From contig OZ024743.1 of NCBI GenBank assembly GCA_964016885.1, positions 267,592,001 to 267,656,000 on the forward strand: DNA of 64,000 nucleotides. Reading direction: 5' to 3'. The DNA is from Eledone cirrhosa (taxonomy: Eukaryota). The position numbers and the translations under genes are program-made. The notes below the pieces were generated by a model. It was given only the letters and a program-made list of their open reading frames with translations, was not told where the DNA came from and did not search any database. This document shows, in pieces, positions 27,560 through 40,543 of this stretch (its first letter is position 1; each line of letters starts with the position of its first letter).

Positions 27560-29500
27560 GTTACTTCCTTGTTATGGCAGATGTTATACCGACAATATAC
27601 TAAAGGAGTGAGTCATAGCCAATAACCAAAGGGCGGTTGAGTCATTCCAAAACCCTTCTTAGAATTATTGCTGTTCTTAGCAAGGCTGATTTCTGCAACA
27701 ATCCTGTCCTGTTAGTAATTCCTAGCCCCTCAAGCCATGTATTCAACCTTCTACTAACTCTGCCAACCATAATCGGTACAACTTCAATGGGTCTGATTCT
27801 CCACAGTTTCCTAAGTTCTCTTTTCCGCTCCTGGTAATTCTAAATTTGTCGCTTTCCTTCTCATTCACCTTGAAATCCCACAGTGATGCAATGTCCAGAA
27901 TACATGCCTTGTTATTCTTCCAGTCTTCGATAACAATGTCAGTCTTTCTAGAAACGATAAAATGATCGCACTGGGTGATCATGACTCATAAGATATTATG
28001 CTCTTCATTTTCAGCCACCCTTTCCAGCTGGTGTTCATACCATTCCACTCATCTGCTAATGTCATATTTTCGACAGAGCTTCCATTGAACCAATCTAGCA
28101 ATGTTGTCGTGCCTTCTCTTGTACTCTTTCTGAGCAAACTTCTTACATTCACTAATAACATGGTTTATTGCCTCACTCTTTGTTTCCACTCAGCCTGCAA
28201 AGTGTGGAATTCACTGACTTGTCAATATTGAATTTGATATCGATCGTTATTAGTGCCTCTGTTTCAACTTTTAACTCACTTTTCCTTTTCCCAGTTCCTA
28301 TCTTTGTCGACTGTTTCAGGCATTTTACGTCTGAATTGCCTATACATTCCCTTTTCTTCCATCTATTCAACGTGTCATTGTATCGGTCTTGTTTACATTC
28401 TCCCTTTCATTTTCTTTCTCACTGTTTAGAACCATTGCCTTTCTTACTTCTGCCATCAATCTCTCATTTGAATTCTGTACATACCGTGCCAGATTTTCCT
28501 CTGACATCAGGCACTTTTCCCAGCTAAGACTTCTTCCTCCTCTCTGTCGTGATCGATACTACCTGTCCAAGCAAGTTTGGTGTGTAGAGCCTACTGCAGA
28601 GTCACAATTTACCTGGTGCTTCTCTCAAGCTCCTTAGGTTCATCACATTTCGACTCTACCACACCAGTGCTAAACTTAGGACTGCAACAGACTATGTGTT
28701 GATAGCCAGTATCTTAATCCTAACACTTAACATCGTCTTTAACACCGATGCCAGTCTCCGTTTAGTTTGTTCGCAGGATGCCTAAGTACCTGTTGTCATC
28801 GATTTCCTTCATATCTCTTCCATTTGGAAATTCAATTATTTCCATCTTATTAATTCTACCTGGCTTCAGAAAAAGCACATTACTATCTTTTTATGCCAAA
28901 TTCCATTCCTATGTCCGCATTAATGTATGAATTGTTTGTATAAGGGAATCAGTATGTTCACAGAATTCCCAAATAGTTTTAGATTATCCATGAACAGCAG
29001 GTGGTTTATTTTAAACACGTGACCTCCCCACTTGTAACCAGCCTTTGACGTTATCAACACCAATGAAAGGGGAAACATACACAGAACAAACTGTAAAGGT
29101 GAAACACTGTGTCCGTGAAATATTCCTTTGATGCTCATCAAAACTCCCAATGTTTATATACCTGATGTATATAAACATCATACATATTGCTCCCATACAT
29201 ATTGCTCCCGAAAGCTGTCTGACGTTAGTTGCAATAACAAATATTTTCAAACTATCTATTATCCAACTATGTGGCACCATGCCGTAAGACTTGCGGTAAT
29301 CGACTCAGGCCATGGCTAGATTTGTGTGTGCTCTTTTACAATCTGTAAGGATCGCCTTATCAATCAACAATTGATTCTTAGTCCTCCTACCCTTGCTTCT
29401 TTTCCTACATCCCTTCGGCACTGCAGGTAGTGTTTCCTCCAGGTCATACATTGCCTCGGCCATGACTCCTGTCATAAGTTTCCACAGGAAACTGAATAAG
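27560..29500 (-). mobile_element. Decayed R4/Dong-like RLE LINE
   Basis: MVPHSWII, INHLLFMDNLKLFG, CDHFIVSRKTDIVI..CILDIA..KVNEKE; many frameshifts; 3' end at an ATT-rich tract. Confidence 0.85.
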
Positions 29501-29609
29501 ACCTTGAATGGAAAATAGAGGTTGTCAGAATGACAAACCTATTGGAGAGCTCACTTGTAATTGAAGGACCCCAGCAATGAAAATGCATTTGACAACTTTA
29601 GATCTATCC

Positions 29610-29838
29610 CTTGCTTTGTCTTTCATCCTTACGGGGTCAATAAAATAAAGAATCAGTGATGCACTGAGGTCGATTTAATCGATGTTCCACTACTGCAGAA
29701 TTGCTGGGTTTTTGCCTAAATCAGAGAGCATCCCGCCGAGGTTAACTTTGCCTTTCATCCTTATGGGGTCGATACAATAAAGTACCAGTAATACACTGGG
29801 TATTTGCTAGCCTTGTGCCAACAGTAGAAACAATTATT
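29610..29838 (+). mobile_element. Two 5'-truncated SINE family A fragments
   Basis: Body and tail motif occur twice. Confidence 0.8.
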
Positions 29839-31665
29839 GTTATTATTATTAAAATCAACGCATTTTTTTATAAGGAAAATGAATCTTAGTTTTACATATG
29901 AGCCAGATTTCTTTCGCTGATAATCTTGAACAGCCCCGCTCAAGTACAACAACAAGCGGAAGTGTAATCCTTCAGCAACCAATATAATTTATGAGACATT
30001 TAAGCAAGTGACCTTCCAGTAGAAGAACTGGAGATCTCTGTATCATAATGGGATCTAGGAACTTCGAGACCGATTGTTTCCATAGGCTGCAAAAGGCAAG
30101 AGGGGGGAGAAAAGTATTATCAAGCATACCAACAAAATTATCCAGTAAATCTCAACCTCGCACGATTTGTGGGCTTGTTAGCAAATCCTTGGGAGTTCTA
30201 AAATATTATGCCCGAAATGAACATCCAAACTGAATAAACTGAATAGGTTGTGTGGATCCTCATACGTCGAAATCGACGGGAGTGTCCATCAAAATTCTAA
30301 ACTATAATAAAGTAAGAAGCGCGGGACTACGTAGGGTTTATAATTTGTTATCCCCTTTGTAAAATAAGTTGGATTTCTTTTAATAAATAATGAATGAATA
30401 TTACATAATTTATCTACTAAATTTCGTGGATGTTCATTAAATATATTTTATTACTTATTTAAAGATTCACTTCTTTAAAATTTACAAATGTCAACACTTC
30501 CGGTTAGCGATCGTTTAAATAAACATATATATATATTTCTGTCACTAATTTTCTCCTAATGCAGTTTATATATAATATTGTCTTTTTTTAATGTATCATG
30601 GATTACATTACTGATTACATAAGACAGTGTAACGTAGTCTTCGTACAATTTCTGTGTATATAGTCAATTACGATTTTATTTGATAATATCTACATGCATA
30701 TATACTTGCCTATAATATCAATATACACACTACACATGCTAGCAGAAAATCACCAGATATGTATGCATGTATGTGTGTGAATATGTGTTTAAAACAGCGT
30801 AGTATTTGCGGCATTCAAGCATTAACTGAATTAGCACCCAGTGATGTTAAGTAAGATCTCGAATCTCACATTATATGTAGAAAAGTAGCAGTGATTCCAA
30901 CGTTTCAGCTTGATCGCGTCATCTGCCTGCATCATCTAATGGTCTTGAATGGCTTAAATAAATTTATGTGGATATTTTGGTTGTACGTTCTATGTTCTAT
31001 GTGCATGCGTGTGTATGTGTGTATATGTTTGTGTGAGTATATAAATAATTTTAATTCATGTCTTTGTGTGAGTATATAGATAATTTTAATTCATAGAGTA
31101 TTTGTATATAGAGAGAATGGAATAGTTGTAAAAGAGGGAAGTAATTTATGTGTGTAGAAAGTATTTGGTATTTCGGAAAAATAGTTTTAGTTTGGCATAT
31201 AATTAGATGAGGGCGAATCGCGGTGGGATATGTTAATTAAAAAGTATGTTTCTGGTAGCTAGTTGGACTAAATAAGGTGGAGCAATGAAGAATCTTTTTG
31301 TTTTGGATTGTTATATGAGTATGATGTTGTTTGTGTATTTGTTCTGAGGGTTATTTTATATTGAATTGGTGTGGCGAGGAAGTGATTACATTGGTGGTAT
31401 TGATGGTATTTATGTATAAAGGTATGTAAATATAAGGAATGTATATGTATCTTGATTGTTTCTAAAGGTATATTATTGCAACCGTTTAATAATTATATTT
31501 AGAATGGTTTTAATATGCATGTGCGTTGAGCGAATTGTTTTAAATTCATTACATTTATTTTGAAAAAAAGAGTGTTTTAAAATTAACCCGATATTTTGGT
31601 TGGTTAGTGAGAATGTTAATGTCATTATACACATAACACGTATATACACAAGTTCACACACACAC

Positions 31666-31762
<97 letters not shown>

Positions 31763-32145
31763 AACAATCCTTAATGACAAACAAATTTCTTAAATCTTCC
31801 ACAGCCAGGCTGGAGTAAAAAGGTGTTTAAAATAATCAACGTCACTACAGGAGCTAGCCAGATGAAGCGATCAAGCTGAAACTTCAAACTAACTGTCATA
31901 TATTTTTACTTTATATATATATATATATCTACGAAGTTCCAGGATTAATCTCACAAAAGATTTATTTCAAACCCAAACTTCACACTAACGATATGTGTCC
32001 AACAAAAGTTAAATGTGATAAAGTTAACTGATGTTGAACTACCCACATACAGTTTTGTTTTAGGTGAAGCCTTGTGTGGCACCAACCACACTTTTTTGAA
32101 TTGACGACACATATCTTCGGTGCAAATGTTTACCATGGAAAATAG

Positions 32146-32183
<38 letters not shown>

Positions 32184-32390
32184 GTATGTATATATCAAAC
32201 ATTGATATAGATGTTTATAATGTTATCCCTCTTTTAGAGTTTTTTTTTTTTGTTCTTACAATTTCAAGCTTTACTTAATGTTTTCGTCCCATTTGTTTTG
32301 TTTTGCATTTGCCTGTTTGCTTCATTATTCCAACGTTTGGTTTAAGTTTTGTCGTTTTAATTATTATTATTGTTATTATTACTGAGGAAC

Positions 32391-32586
32391 AGGGCGGCCG
32401 ACTGGCAGAATCGGTAGAGCGTCGGAAACCCTGCTTCACAGCATAGAGTTACATACCTTTATGGTCTGAGTGTAAATCCCGCTGAGGTTAACTTTGCCTT
32501 CCATATTTACGGGATCAATGAAATAAAGTACCAGTTATGCACTCTGATAACTGCTGGCCTTGTGCCAAACGTAAAAACAATTATTA
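32391..32586 (+). mobile_element. SINE family A
   Basis: Matches the consensus. Confidence 0.85.
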
Positions 32587-32800
32587 ATGTCATGAGTGCG
32601 ATTACCGGCTTTGTTTTAATTTTATTGTTATCTTCCTTTTTTTAAGTTGTTAATAGGAAAAACCCACACAGCAACACACACATATACACACACTCTATGT
32701 TTTTGTCCTGTGCTGTCATAATGTTTTTCTTGATGTAAACACTTTGTGGTTAATAAATAAATCAATATTATTCTTCCCTATTCATTATTATTATTATTAT

Positions 32801-32990
32801 AGGGCGGTGAATTGGCAGTATTGGTAGGGGGTCAGACATGCTTTCCAGCGTAGTTACGTCCCTTTACAATCTGAGTTCAAATCCCGCCGAGGTTAACTTT
32901 GCCTTTCATCCTTACAGGGTCGATAAAATAAAGTACCAGTAATACACTGGGTAATTGCTGGCCTTGTGCCAAAAGTAGAAACAATTATTA
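32801..32990 (+). mobile_element. SINE family A inserted in (ATT)n
   Basis: Matches the consensus; ATT repeats on both sides. Confidence 0.9.
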
Positions 32991-32995
32991 TTATA

Positions 32996-33289
32996 ATGGC
33001 CCGAGTGAATGGACTACTCTGAGTATATGCCTGTAAATTTAAGGTGGAAAACTGGGAGATGACACTTACCCTGGTCGTCAGGGTCACTGTGGCTATTATA
33101 ATGGGCTTTCTCCACGATGGCCCTCGGAAGTCTCCCTCCTATTGGGGAATATTTCATTGTTCTTTTTTTTATACATCCTTTGTTTTTTTGTTTTTTACAC
33201 GCAGAAATGCCCATTTGTACCGCCTGTATTGTCCTGTACTGTCCTTAATGTCTACTTTATGTAAACCCTTGTGGTTATTAAAGAAAGCA
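32996..33289 (+). mobile_element. 3' UTR fragment of a Tx1-type LINE
   Basis: Closely similar to 46460-46755; ends 'aaagaaagc' followed by (ATT)n. Confidence 0.85.
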
Positions 33290-33313
33290 TTATTATTATT
33301 ATTATTATTATTG

Positions 33314-36158
33314 TTATTGTTATTCCTTGAATCTCAGTCATTGATGTTGGTTAACTGGAAAGTCCGTTGGATTGAATATCAAGCCACTACCTGCAGCCTC
33401 AGATATTCAGGACGTATCGGAGGGTTCTTGCCGTTCCAAGCAAGCATGCCTTTTGAAGCGTTCCAAAAAGCGTGAAGGGGCCGATTTTCTTTAACCATCC
33501 CTGGAAACCTTTGGAGATAGTCCCCAGTGCGCCTATGACAATCGGGATCACTTTGACTTCATGGCAGTTCCAAATCCTTTTCACCTCCCACTTTAGGTCC
33601 TGGTATCGGTTAATTTTCTCCCTCTCCTTCTCTTGCACTCTCGTGTCGAACGGGCAGGCCACATCCACAATCAGGCACGATCTTTTTTCTTTGTCCACAA
33701 CCACCAGGTCAGGTCTATTGTGTTCCAGTTTTTTGTCCGTCTGTATCCTAAAATCCCACAGCACCTTCACCTGACTGTTCTCCATCACCGCCTCTGGCCT
33801 ATGCTCATACCATTTCTCAGAATGTGGTAGATTGTTTACTTTGCACAGGTGCCAGTGGATCACCCTGCCCATCACATCGTGTCTCCAGCCCTTATAGTGG
33901 GTCTGGGCTAGGTGTTTACACTCGGACACAATGTGAGCCACAGTCTCCTCTCTCTCTCCACAGATCCTGCACAGTGGGCTAGCCTCCTCCTTGTAGATAT
34001 GGTGCTTCAACCACTTCGTTTTGAGGGCCTGCTCCTGCGCAGCCATTAGCATTCCTTCTGTAGCCTTTTTGAGGTCTCCTCTTCTCAACCAGTTCCATGT
34101 CTGTGGATCTCTAAATTCAGTTTTCTCAAAGAAGGTACTATGAAGGGATTTTCCCTTAAGGCTGCTCTTCCTCCTTTATGTTATTTCCTCCTTGGGTATC
34201 CCCTGGCCTACTGTCCCCTCCTTCAGTACAGCTCTGAGCATTGGCTCCTTACTATAGGTCACGTATTTGTATAGGTTGTTTTTCTCCATCTGAACACAGT
34301 CCTCTATGCTGATAAGACCTCTTCCACCCTCAGATCTCCTTAGGTAGAGTCTATCGACATCACTCCTCTTGTGGAACATGTTGTAGATAGTCAATAGCTT
34401 CCTAGTCTTCCTATCCATTTCTTTTTGTTCAGCAACATTCCATCTCAGGATTCCCGCACTGTACCTAATAATAGACACAGCTCGGGAATTTACTGCGCTT
34501 ATGGCATTTCTGCTGTTCAGATGTGACTTCAATACGCTCCTTACTCTCCGAATGTATTCAGTTCTTAACAATTCCTTCATTTTTTTGTTCTTTATGCCAT
34601 CAGCCTCCAGAACGCCCAAATACTTGTATCCTTCCTCAGAGTCAATTTCCTTTATCATCTCACCTGTTGGTATCTGGATCCCGTTACTTCTGCTCAACCT
34701 ACCCCTCCTCATCACAATGACTCCACATTTACCAATACCAAACTGCATACATATATCACTGCTGAAAATACGGACAGTGTCAACAAGCACATCCAACTCC
34801 TTCTCACTTTTCCCGAAGAGCTTAAGATCGTCCATGAAGAGGAGGTGATTGATGGTAAGCTCTCCCCTTCCCAACTTGTATCCTGCTCTCACTTTTCGCA
34901 GCATAATGGTCAAGGGCATCAGGGCAAGGACAAACAACAGAGGGGACAGGCTATCTCCCTGGAAGATACCTCTCTTGATCTTCACGCTTCCCAAGGATAC
35001 TCCAGTTGATGTCAACTCTGTCTCCCAGGACCCCATACTCCTGCCCAGCAACTGTCTGATGTTATCTGCCACCCTGAAGATCTCCAGGCTTTTGGTGATC
35101 CAGGAATGAGGCACCATGTCAAATGCCTTTCTGTAGTCTATCCATCCCATGGCAAGATCAGTGTGTCTCCTCCTGCAATTCCCCATTACCATCTTATCAA
35201 TAAGCAACTGGTCCTTTGTACCACGTGACTTCTTTCGGCATCCTTTCTGTTCGTCCGGCAACAAGTTGTTTGTGTGGAGGTGATGGTAGATTTCCTCAGA
35301 CACAATGCTCGTCAACAGTTTCCACATTACGGGCAGACATGTGATAGGTCTATAGTTGGTAACATCATTACCCTTGATTCGCTCTTTCATTATCAGAACT
35401 GTGGTACCTTTTGTCAACCACTCTGGCACCTCACCCGACACCAAGCAGTCATTGAACATGGCCGTCAGCTTCGGGTGGAGGGATGTTAAATGTTTAATCC
35501 AATACCCCTGCACACCATCTGGGCCTGGTGATTTCCAGTTGGTTAGTTTTTTGGCTTGCCCCTTAAGAGTTTCAACTGTGATACTCAAATCAGTCTGTTG
35601 CTGTGCCTGCTCACCGATCTCCCTCTGTACTGTCTCAATCCACCCTGCCTGGGCATTGTGTCTAACATCCTGCTCCCATATTCCTCTCCAGAATGTTTTA
35701 GCTTGTTCCGCCCCAGGGATCAAGTCGTTGCCTCTTTCTTTCCCCTCAAGCTGTCCAAACAGCATCTTCTGGTTGTTGTCGAACATGCGGTTCTGTTTAT
35801 ACTGACTGACTCTGTTCTCGTATCGCCTGATTTTGGCACTCTTTGCTACAATGCGTTGCTTCAATTCCTCTATGATAATATTTAGCTTTTTACTCCTAGT
35901 TTTGTATTTTATTTCCAGTCTATTTTTAGTGCCTATGTTTTTTAGTGTCCCATTCAGTAGTGACTCAAGCTTTCCTATGTCATTTCTCATTTCCCCGATT
36001 TGCCCACTCAGTCGCTTCCTCCACCACGGCTCTGCTCTTTCTTGTCTGTTGTTTCCTCTCGCTTTTATACCAAGTAGTTTCCTCACCGTATTTGCTGTTG
36101 CTTTGAGGATATTGTTGCACTGGTTAAGACTCCTCGCCTCAAGGTATGGGATGACTTT
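33314..36158 (-). mobile_element. 5'-truncated R4/Dong-type retrotransposon, near-identical to the adjacent full-length copy
   Basis: About 9 substitutions seen versus 36198-39042; one creates a TCA>TAA stop near 34177. Confidence 0.95.
33399..36158 (-). pseudogene. RT-CCHC-RLE ORF, 5'-truncated with one nonsense codon
   Basis: ORFs 34176..36086 and 33399..34088 are in the same frame, separated by a single stop. Confidence 0.9.
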
Positions 36159-36197
36159 ATTATTATTATTATTATTATTATGACTTTATTATTATGG

Positions 36198-39100
36198 TTA
36201 TTGTTATTCCTTGAATCTCAGTCATTGATGTTGGTTAACTGGAAAGTCCGTTGGATTGAATATCAAGCCACTACCTGCAGCCTCAGATATTCAGGACGTA
36301 TCGGAGGGTTCTTGCCGTTCCAAGCAAGCATGCCTTTTGAAGCGTTCCAAAAAGCGTGAAGGGGCCGATTTTCTTTAACCATCCCTGGAAACCTTTGGAG
36401 ATAGTCCCCAGTGCGCCTATGACAATCGGGATCACTTTGACTTCATGGCAGTTCCAAATCCTTTTCACCTCCCACTTTAGGTCCTGGTATCGGTTAATTT
36501 TCTCCCTCTCCTTCTCTTGCACTCTCGTGTCGAACGGGCAGGCCACATCCACAATCAGGCACGATCTTTTTTCTTTGTCCACAACCACCAGGTCAGGTCT
36601 ATTGTGTTCCAGTTTTTTGTCCGTCTGTATCCTAAAATCCCACAGCACCTTCACCTGACTGTTCTCCATCACCGCCTCTGGCCTATGCTCATACCATTTC
36701 TCAGAATGTGGTAGATTGTTTACTTTGCACAGGTGCCAGTGGATCACCCTGCCCATCACATCGTGTCTCCAGCCCTTATAGTGGGTCTGGGCTAGGTGTT
36801 TACACTCGGACACAATGTGAGCCACAGTCTCCTCTCTCTCTCCACAGATCCTGCACAGTGGGCTAGCCTCCTCCTTGTAGATATGGTGCTTCAACCACTT
36901 CGTTTTGAGGGCCTGCTCCTGCGCAGCCATTAGCATTCCTTCTGTAGCCTTTTTGAGGTCTCCTCTTCTCAACCAGTTCCATGTCTGTGGATCTCTAAAT
37001 TCAGTTTTCTCAAAGAAGGTACTATGAAGGGATTTTCCCTTAAGGCTGCTCTTCCTCCTTGATGTTATTTCCTCCTTGGGTATCCCCTGGCCTACTCTCC
37101 CCTCCTTCAGTACAGCTCTGAGCATTGGCTCCTTACTATAGGTCACGTATTTGTATAGGTTGTTTTTCTCCATCCGAACACAGTCCTCTATGCTGATAAG
37201 ACCTCTTCCACCCTCAGATCTCCTTAGGTAGAGTCTATCGACATCACTCCTCTTGTGGAACATGTTGTAGATAGTCAATAGCTTCCTAGTCTTCCTATCC
37301 ATTTCTTTTTGTTCAGCAACATTCCATCTCAGAATTCCCGCACTGTACCTAATAATAGACACAGCTCGGGAATTTACTGCGCTTATGGCATTTCTGCTGT
37401 TCAGATGTGACTTCAATACGCTCCTTACTCTCCGAATGTATTCAGTTCTTAACAATTCCTTCATTTTTTTGTTCTTTATGCCATCAGCCTCCAGAACGCC
37501 CAAATACTTGTATCCTTCCTCAGAGTCAATTTCCTTTATCATCTCACCTGTTGGTATCTGGATCCCGTTACTTCTGCTCAACCTACCCCTCCTCATCACA
37601 ATGACTCCACATTTACCAATACCAAACTGCATACATATATCACTGCTGAAAATACGGACAGTGTCAACAAGCACATCCAACTCCTTCTCACTTTTCCCGA
37701 AGAGCTTAAGATCGTCCATGAAGAGGAGGTGATTGATGGTAAGCTCTCCCCTTCCCAACTTGTATCCTGCTCTCACTTTTCGCAGCATAATGGTCAAGGG
37801 CATCAGGGCAAGGACAAACAACAGAGGGGACAGGCTATCTCCCTGGAAGATACCTCTCTTGATCTTCACGCTTCCCAAGGATACTCCAGTTGATGTCAAC
37901 TCTGTCTCCCAGGACCCCATACTCCTGCCCAGCAACTCTCTGATGTTATCTGCCACCCTGAAGATCTCCAGGCTTTTGGTGATCCAGGAATGAGGCACCA
38001 TGTCAAATGCCTTTCTGTAGTCTATCCATCCCATGGCAAGATCAGTGTGTCTCCTCCTGCAATTCCCCATTACCATCTTATCAATAAGCAACTGGTCCTT
38101 TGTACCACGTGACTTCTTTCGGCATCCTTTCTGTTCGTCCGGCAACAAGTTGTTTGTGTGGAGGTGATGGTAGATTTCCTCAGACACAATGCTCGTCAAC
38201 AGTTTCCACATTACGGGCAGACATGTGATAGGTCTATAGTTGGTAACATCATTACCCTTGATTCGGTCTTTCATTATCAGAACTGTGGTACCTTTTGTCA
38301 ACCACTCTGGCACCTCACCCGACACCAAGCAGTCATTGAACATGGCCGTCAGCTTCGGGTGGAGGGATGTTAAATGTTTAATCCAATACCCCTGCACACC
38401 ATCTGGGCCTGGTGATTTCCAGTTGGTTAGTTTTTTGGCTTGCCCCTTAAGAGTTTCAACTGTGATACTCAAATCAGTCTGTTGCTGTGCCTGCTCACCG
38501 ATCTCCCTCTGTACTGTCTCAATCCACCCTGCCTGGGCATTGTGTCTAACATCCTGCTCCCATATTCCTCTCCAGAATGTTTTAGCTTGTTCCGCCCCAG
38601 GGATCAAGTCGGTGCCTCTTTCTTTCCCCTCAAGCTGTCCAAACAGCATCTTCTGGTTGTTGTCGAACATGCGGTTCTGTTTATACTGACTGACTCTGTT
38701 CTCGTATCGCCTGATTTTGGCACTCTTTGCTACAATGCGTTGCTTCAATTCCTCTATGATAATATTTAGCTTTTTACTCCTAGTTTTGTATTTTATTTCC
38801 AGTCTATTTTTAGTGCCTATGTTTTTTAGTGTCCCATTCAGTAGTGACTCAAGCTTTCCTATGTCATTTCTCATTTCCCCGATTTGCCCACTCAGTCGCT
38901 TCTTCCACCACGGCTCTGCTCTTTCTTGTCTGTTGTTTCCTCTCGCTTTTATACCAAGTAGTTTCCTCACCGTATTTGCTGTTGCTTTGAGGATATTGTT
39001 GCACTGGTGAAGACTCCTCGCCTCAAGGTATGGGATGACTTTGTTTACCTTAGCTGTTGTTTCTTTTAACTTTTTCCTGTCTACAAATCTTAGGTTCATA

Positions 39101-39805
39101 GGTCTCCCACTATCATTGTTCAACTCATCTACCACTAAATTTAGGATGTCAACCGAATCTTGTCCTAGCCCGTCAGCATTCATCTCCTCAGTGGCCGTAT
39201 CTCTGTTCCAGGTATTATTTATCTCAGTATTCAGATCATTGTCTGCTTCGGGTGGTTCCTCCGCTCTCAGGACCTCCTCACCTTCATTTCCCGCCGGCTC
39301 GCTTGTCTGGCATACTACACCCGCCATCTCCAAGCCATTCTCTCTGCTCAGTTCCTCCAGTTCCAGCTCGCTTATCCACCCATTAGTTCTTATTACCCGA
39401 GCCTGCCCGGCCAATTTTTGTTCATCTAATTTAAATAAACCAATCTCGTTCCAGATGTTATGCATCCGTCTCCTGTAGCCCCTCTCCTTGGGGTTACTTT
39501 TCAGGTAGCATTGCATAACAGTTCTATTCAATTCTTTCGTCCAGTTGGTTCTGGCCCCTTTCCTTCTTCTTCTTCCTCCAACATCAGCAGTATTTCGTTG
39601 ACAGTCAGGTTCCTGCTGCTGAGCCAGGGGGCACCTGTTGGGTGAGAGTCTGTCACATGACGTTCTAGTCTCCATTTCACCGTTATTCGAACTGTTTATG
39701 TTCGATATTTAAACACTCTTATCGAGGATTGGCGAATGTATGTTTACATAGCCATCTGTGGATCCGCCATCCCCCTTGGCCCTTGTGTGGCATTATCACC
39801 ACGCT

Positions 39806-39806
<1 letters not shown>
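36198..39806 (-). mobile_element. Full-length R4/Dong-clade non-LTR retrotransposon in (TAA)n
   Basis: Single long ORF, ~130-nt 5' UTR, ~85-nt 3' UTR, (TAA)n at both ends; Dong elements are known TAA-repeat targeters. Confidence 0.9.
36283..39675 (-). CDS. 1130-aa retrotransposon protein: Myb-like N-terminus, reverse transcriptase, CCHC knuckle, restriction-like endonuclease
   Basis: NYRPITCL, WIDYRKAFD, GIFQGDSLSP, LFMDDLKL, CRICGEREETVAHIVSEC, RHD, NRPD..VD..KINRY; uninterrupted. Confidence 0.95.
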   Translation of the reverse strand: METRTSCDRLSPNRCPLAQQQEPDCQRNTADVGGRRRRKGARTNWTKELNRTVMQCYLKSNPKERGYRRRMHNIWNEIGLFKLDEQKLAGQARVIRTNGWISELELEELSRENGLEMAGVVCQTSEPAGNEGEEVLRAEEPPEADNDLNTEINNTWNRDTATEEMNADGLGQDSVDILNLVVDELNNDSGRPMNLRFVDRKKLKETTAKVNKVIPYLEARSLHQCNNILKATANTVRKLLGIKARGNNRQERAEPWWKKRLSGQIGEMRNDIGKLESLLNGTLKNIGTKNRLEIKYKTRSKKLNIIIEELKQRIVAKSAKIRRYENRVSQYKQNRMFDNNQKMLFGQLEGKERGTDLIPGAEQAKTFWRGIWEQDVRHNAQAGWIETVQREIGEQAQQQTDLSITVETLKGQAKKLTNWKSPGPDGVQGYWIKHLTSLHPKLTAMFNDCLVSGEVPEWLTKGTTVLIMKDRIKGNDVTNYRPITCLPVMWKLLTSIVSEEIYHHLHTNNLLPDEQKGCRKKSRGTKDQLLIDKMVMGNCRRRHTDLAMGWIDYRKAFDMVPHSWITKSLEIFRVADNIRELLGRSMGSWETELTSTGVSLGSVKIKRGIFQGDSLSPLLFVLALMPLTIMLRKVRAGYKLGRGELTINHLLFMDDLKLFGKSEKELDVLVDTVRIFSSDICMQFGIGKCGVIVMRRGRLSRSNGIQIPTGEMIKEIDSEEGYKYLGVLEADGIKNKKMKELLRTEYIRRVRSVLKSHLNSRNAISAVNSRAVSIIRYSAGILRWNVAEQKEMDRKTRKLLTIYNMFHKRSDVDRLYLRRSEGGRGLISIEDCVRMEKNNLYKYVTYSKEPMLRAVLKEGRVGQGIPKEEITSRRKSSLKGKSLHSTFFEKTEFRDPQTWNWLRRGDLKKATEGMLMAAQEQALKTKWLKHHIYKEEASPLCRICGEREETVAHIVSECKHLAQTHYKGWRHDVMGRVIHWHLCKVNNLPHSEKWYEHRPEAVMENSQVKVLWDFRIQTDKKLEHNRPDLVVVDKEKRSCLIVDVACPFDTRVQEKEREKINRYQDLKWEVKRIWNCHEVKVIPIVIGALGTISKGFQGWLKKIGPFTLFGTLQKACLLGTARTLRYVLNI

Positions 39807-39862
<56 letters not shown>

Positions 39863-39864
<2 letters not shown>

Positions 39865-40488
39865 TGCATTTATCTTGCTTTATGTTCATACGAGTTATCA
39901 CCAAGTCACAACCAGTGACCTCAGGAGACAACAAGGTCCGCCATGTTCAAGAATGAATATTCATACACACACAAGCATCTTTAGGTGTTTAGACTTGTGA
40001 TGCACTTATATTGACAGAATCTTACTTAGTATATGCGCAGTTTCCATTAGTACTATCTTTTGTATTTCTCCTATACGCGGGTTTCCTGGGATTTGTGATA
40101 AGTAGTCGTTAGACCCCTTAGGTATCATTCCTAGAGCGCCCACAACCACTGGTATTGTGTTAGTTCTCAAAATTCCATATTTTTCCAATTTCTATCTCCA
40201 GGTCCTTATACTTGCTCAATTTTTCAAATGTTTTTATAGATACATTCTTGTCTATTGGAACGGACATATCAATTAGCAGGCATACCCTCTTTTTAAAGTC
40301 CTTCAGTATTATATCAGGTCTATTTGCATCTATTTTTCGGTCTGTTTGGATGCTAAAGTTCCACAAGATTGAGATGTGATCTTTTTCAAGTATGGGAGGT
40401 GGTTGATGCTCCCACCAATTCTTTTGATGGGGCAGGTCAAAATGCTTACACATTATCCAATGCATATATTGTGCAGCTCTGTCATGAC

Positions 40489-40491
<3 letters not shown>
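39863..40491 (-). mobile_element. 5'-truncated RLE LINE of a second R4/Dong-like family
   Basis: HWIMCKH..WNFSIQTDRKIDANRPDI..LID..KLSKYKDL..IPVVVGALG; (TAA)n on both sides. Confidence 0.9.

Positions 40492-40542
<51 letters not shown>

Positions 40543-40543
<1 letters not shown>

Noticed and set aside
33472-39645. Plus-strand ORFs antisense to the Dong ORF
   Set aside because: Shadow frames of the retrotransposon coding sequence
39720-39810. HDV-like or twister ribozyme at the Dong 5' end
   Set aside because: Required pseudoknot and core motifs could not be fitted by eye
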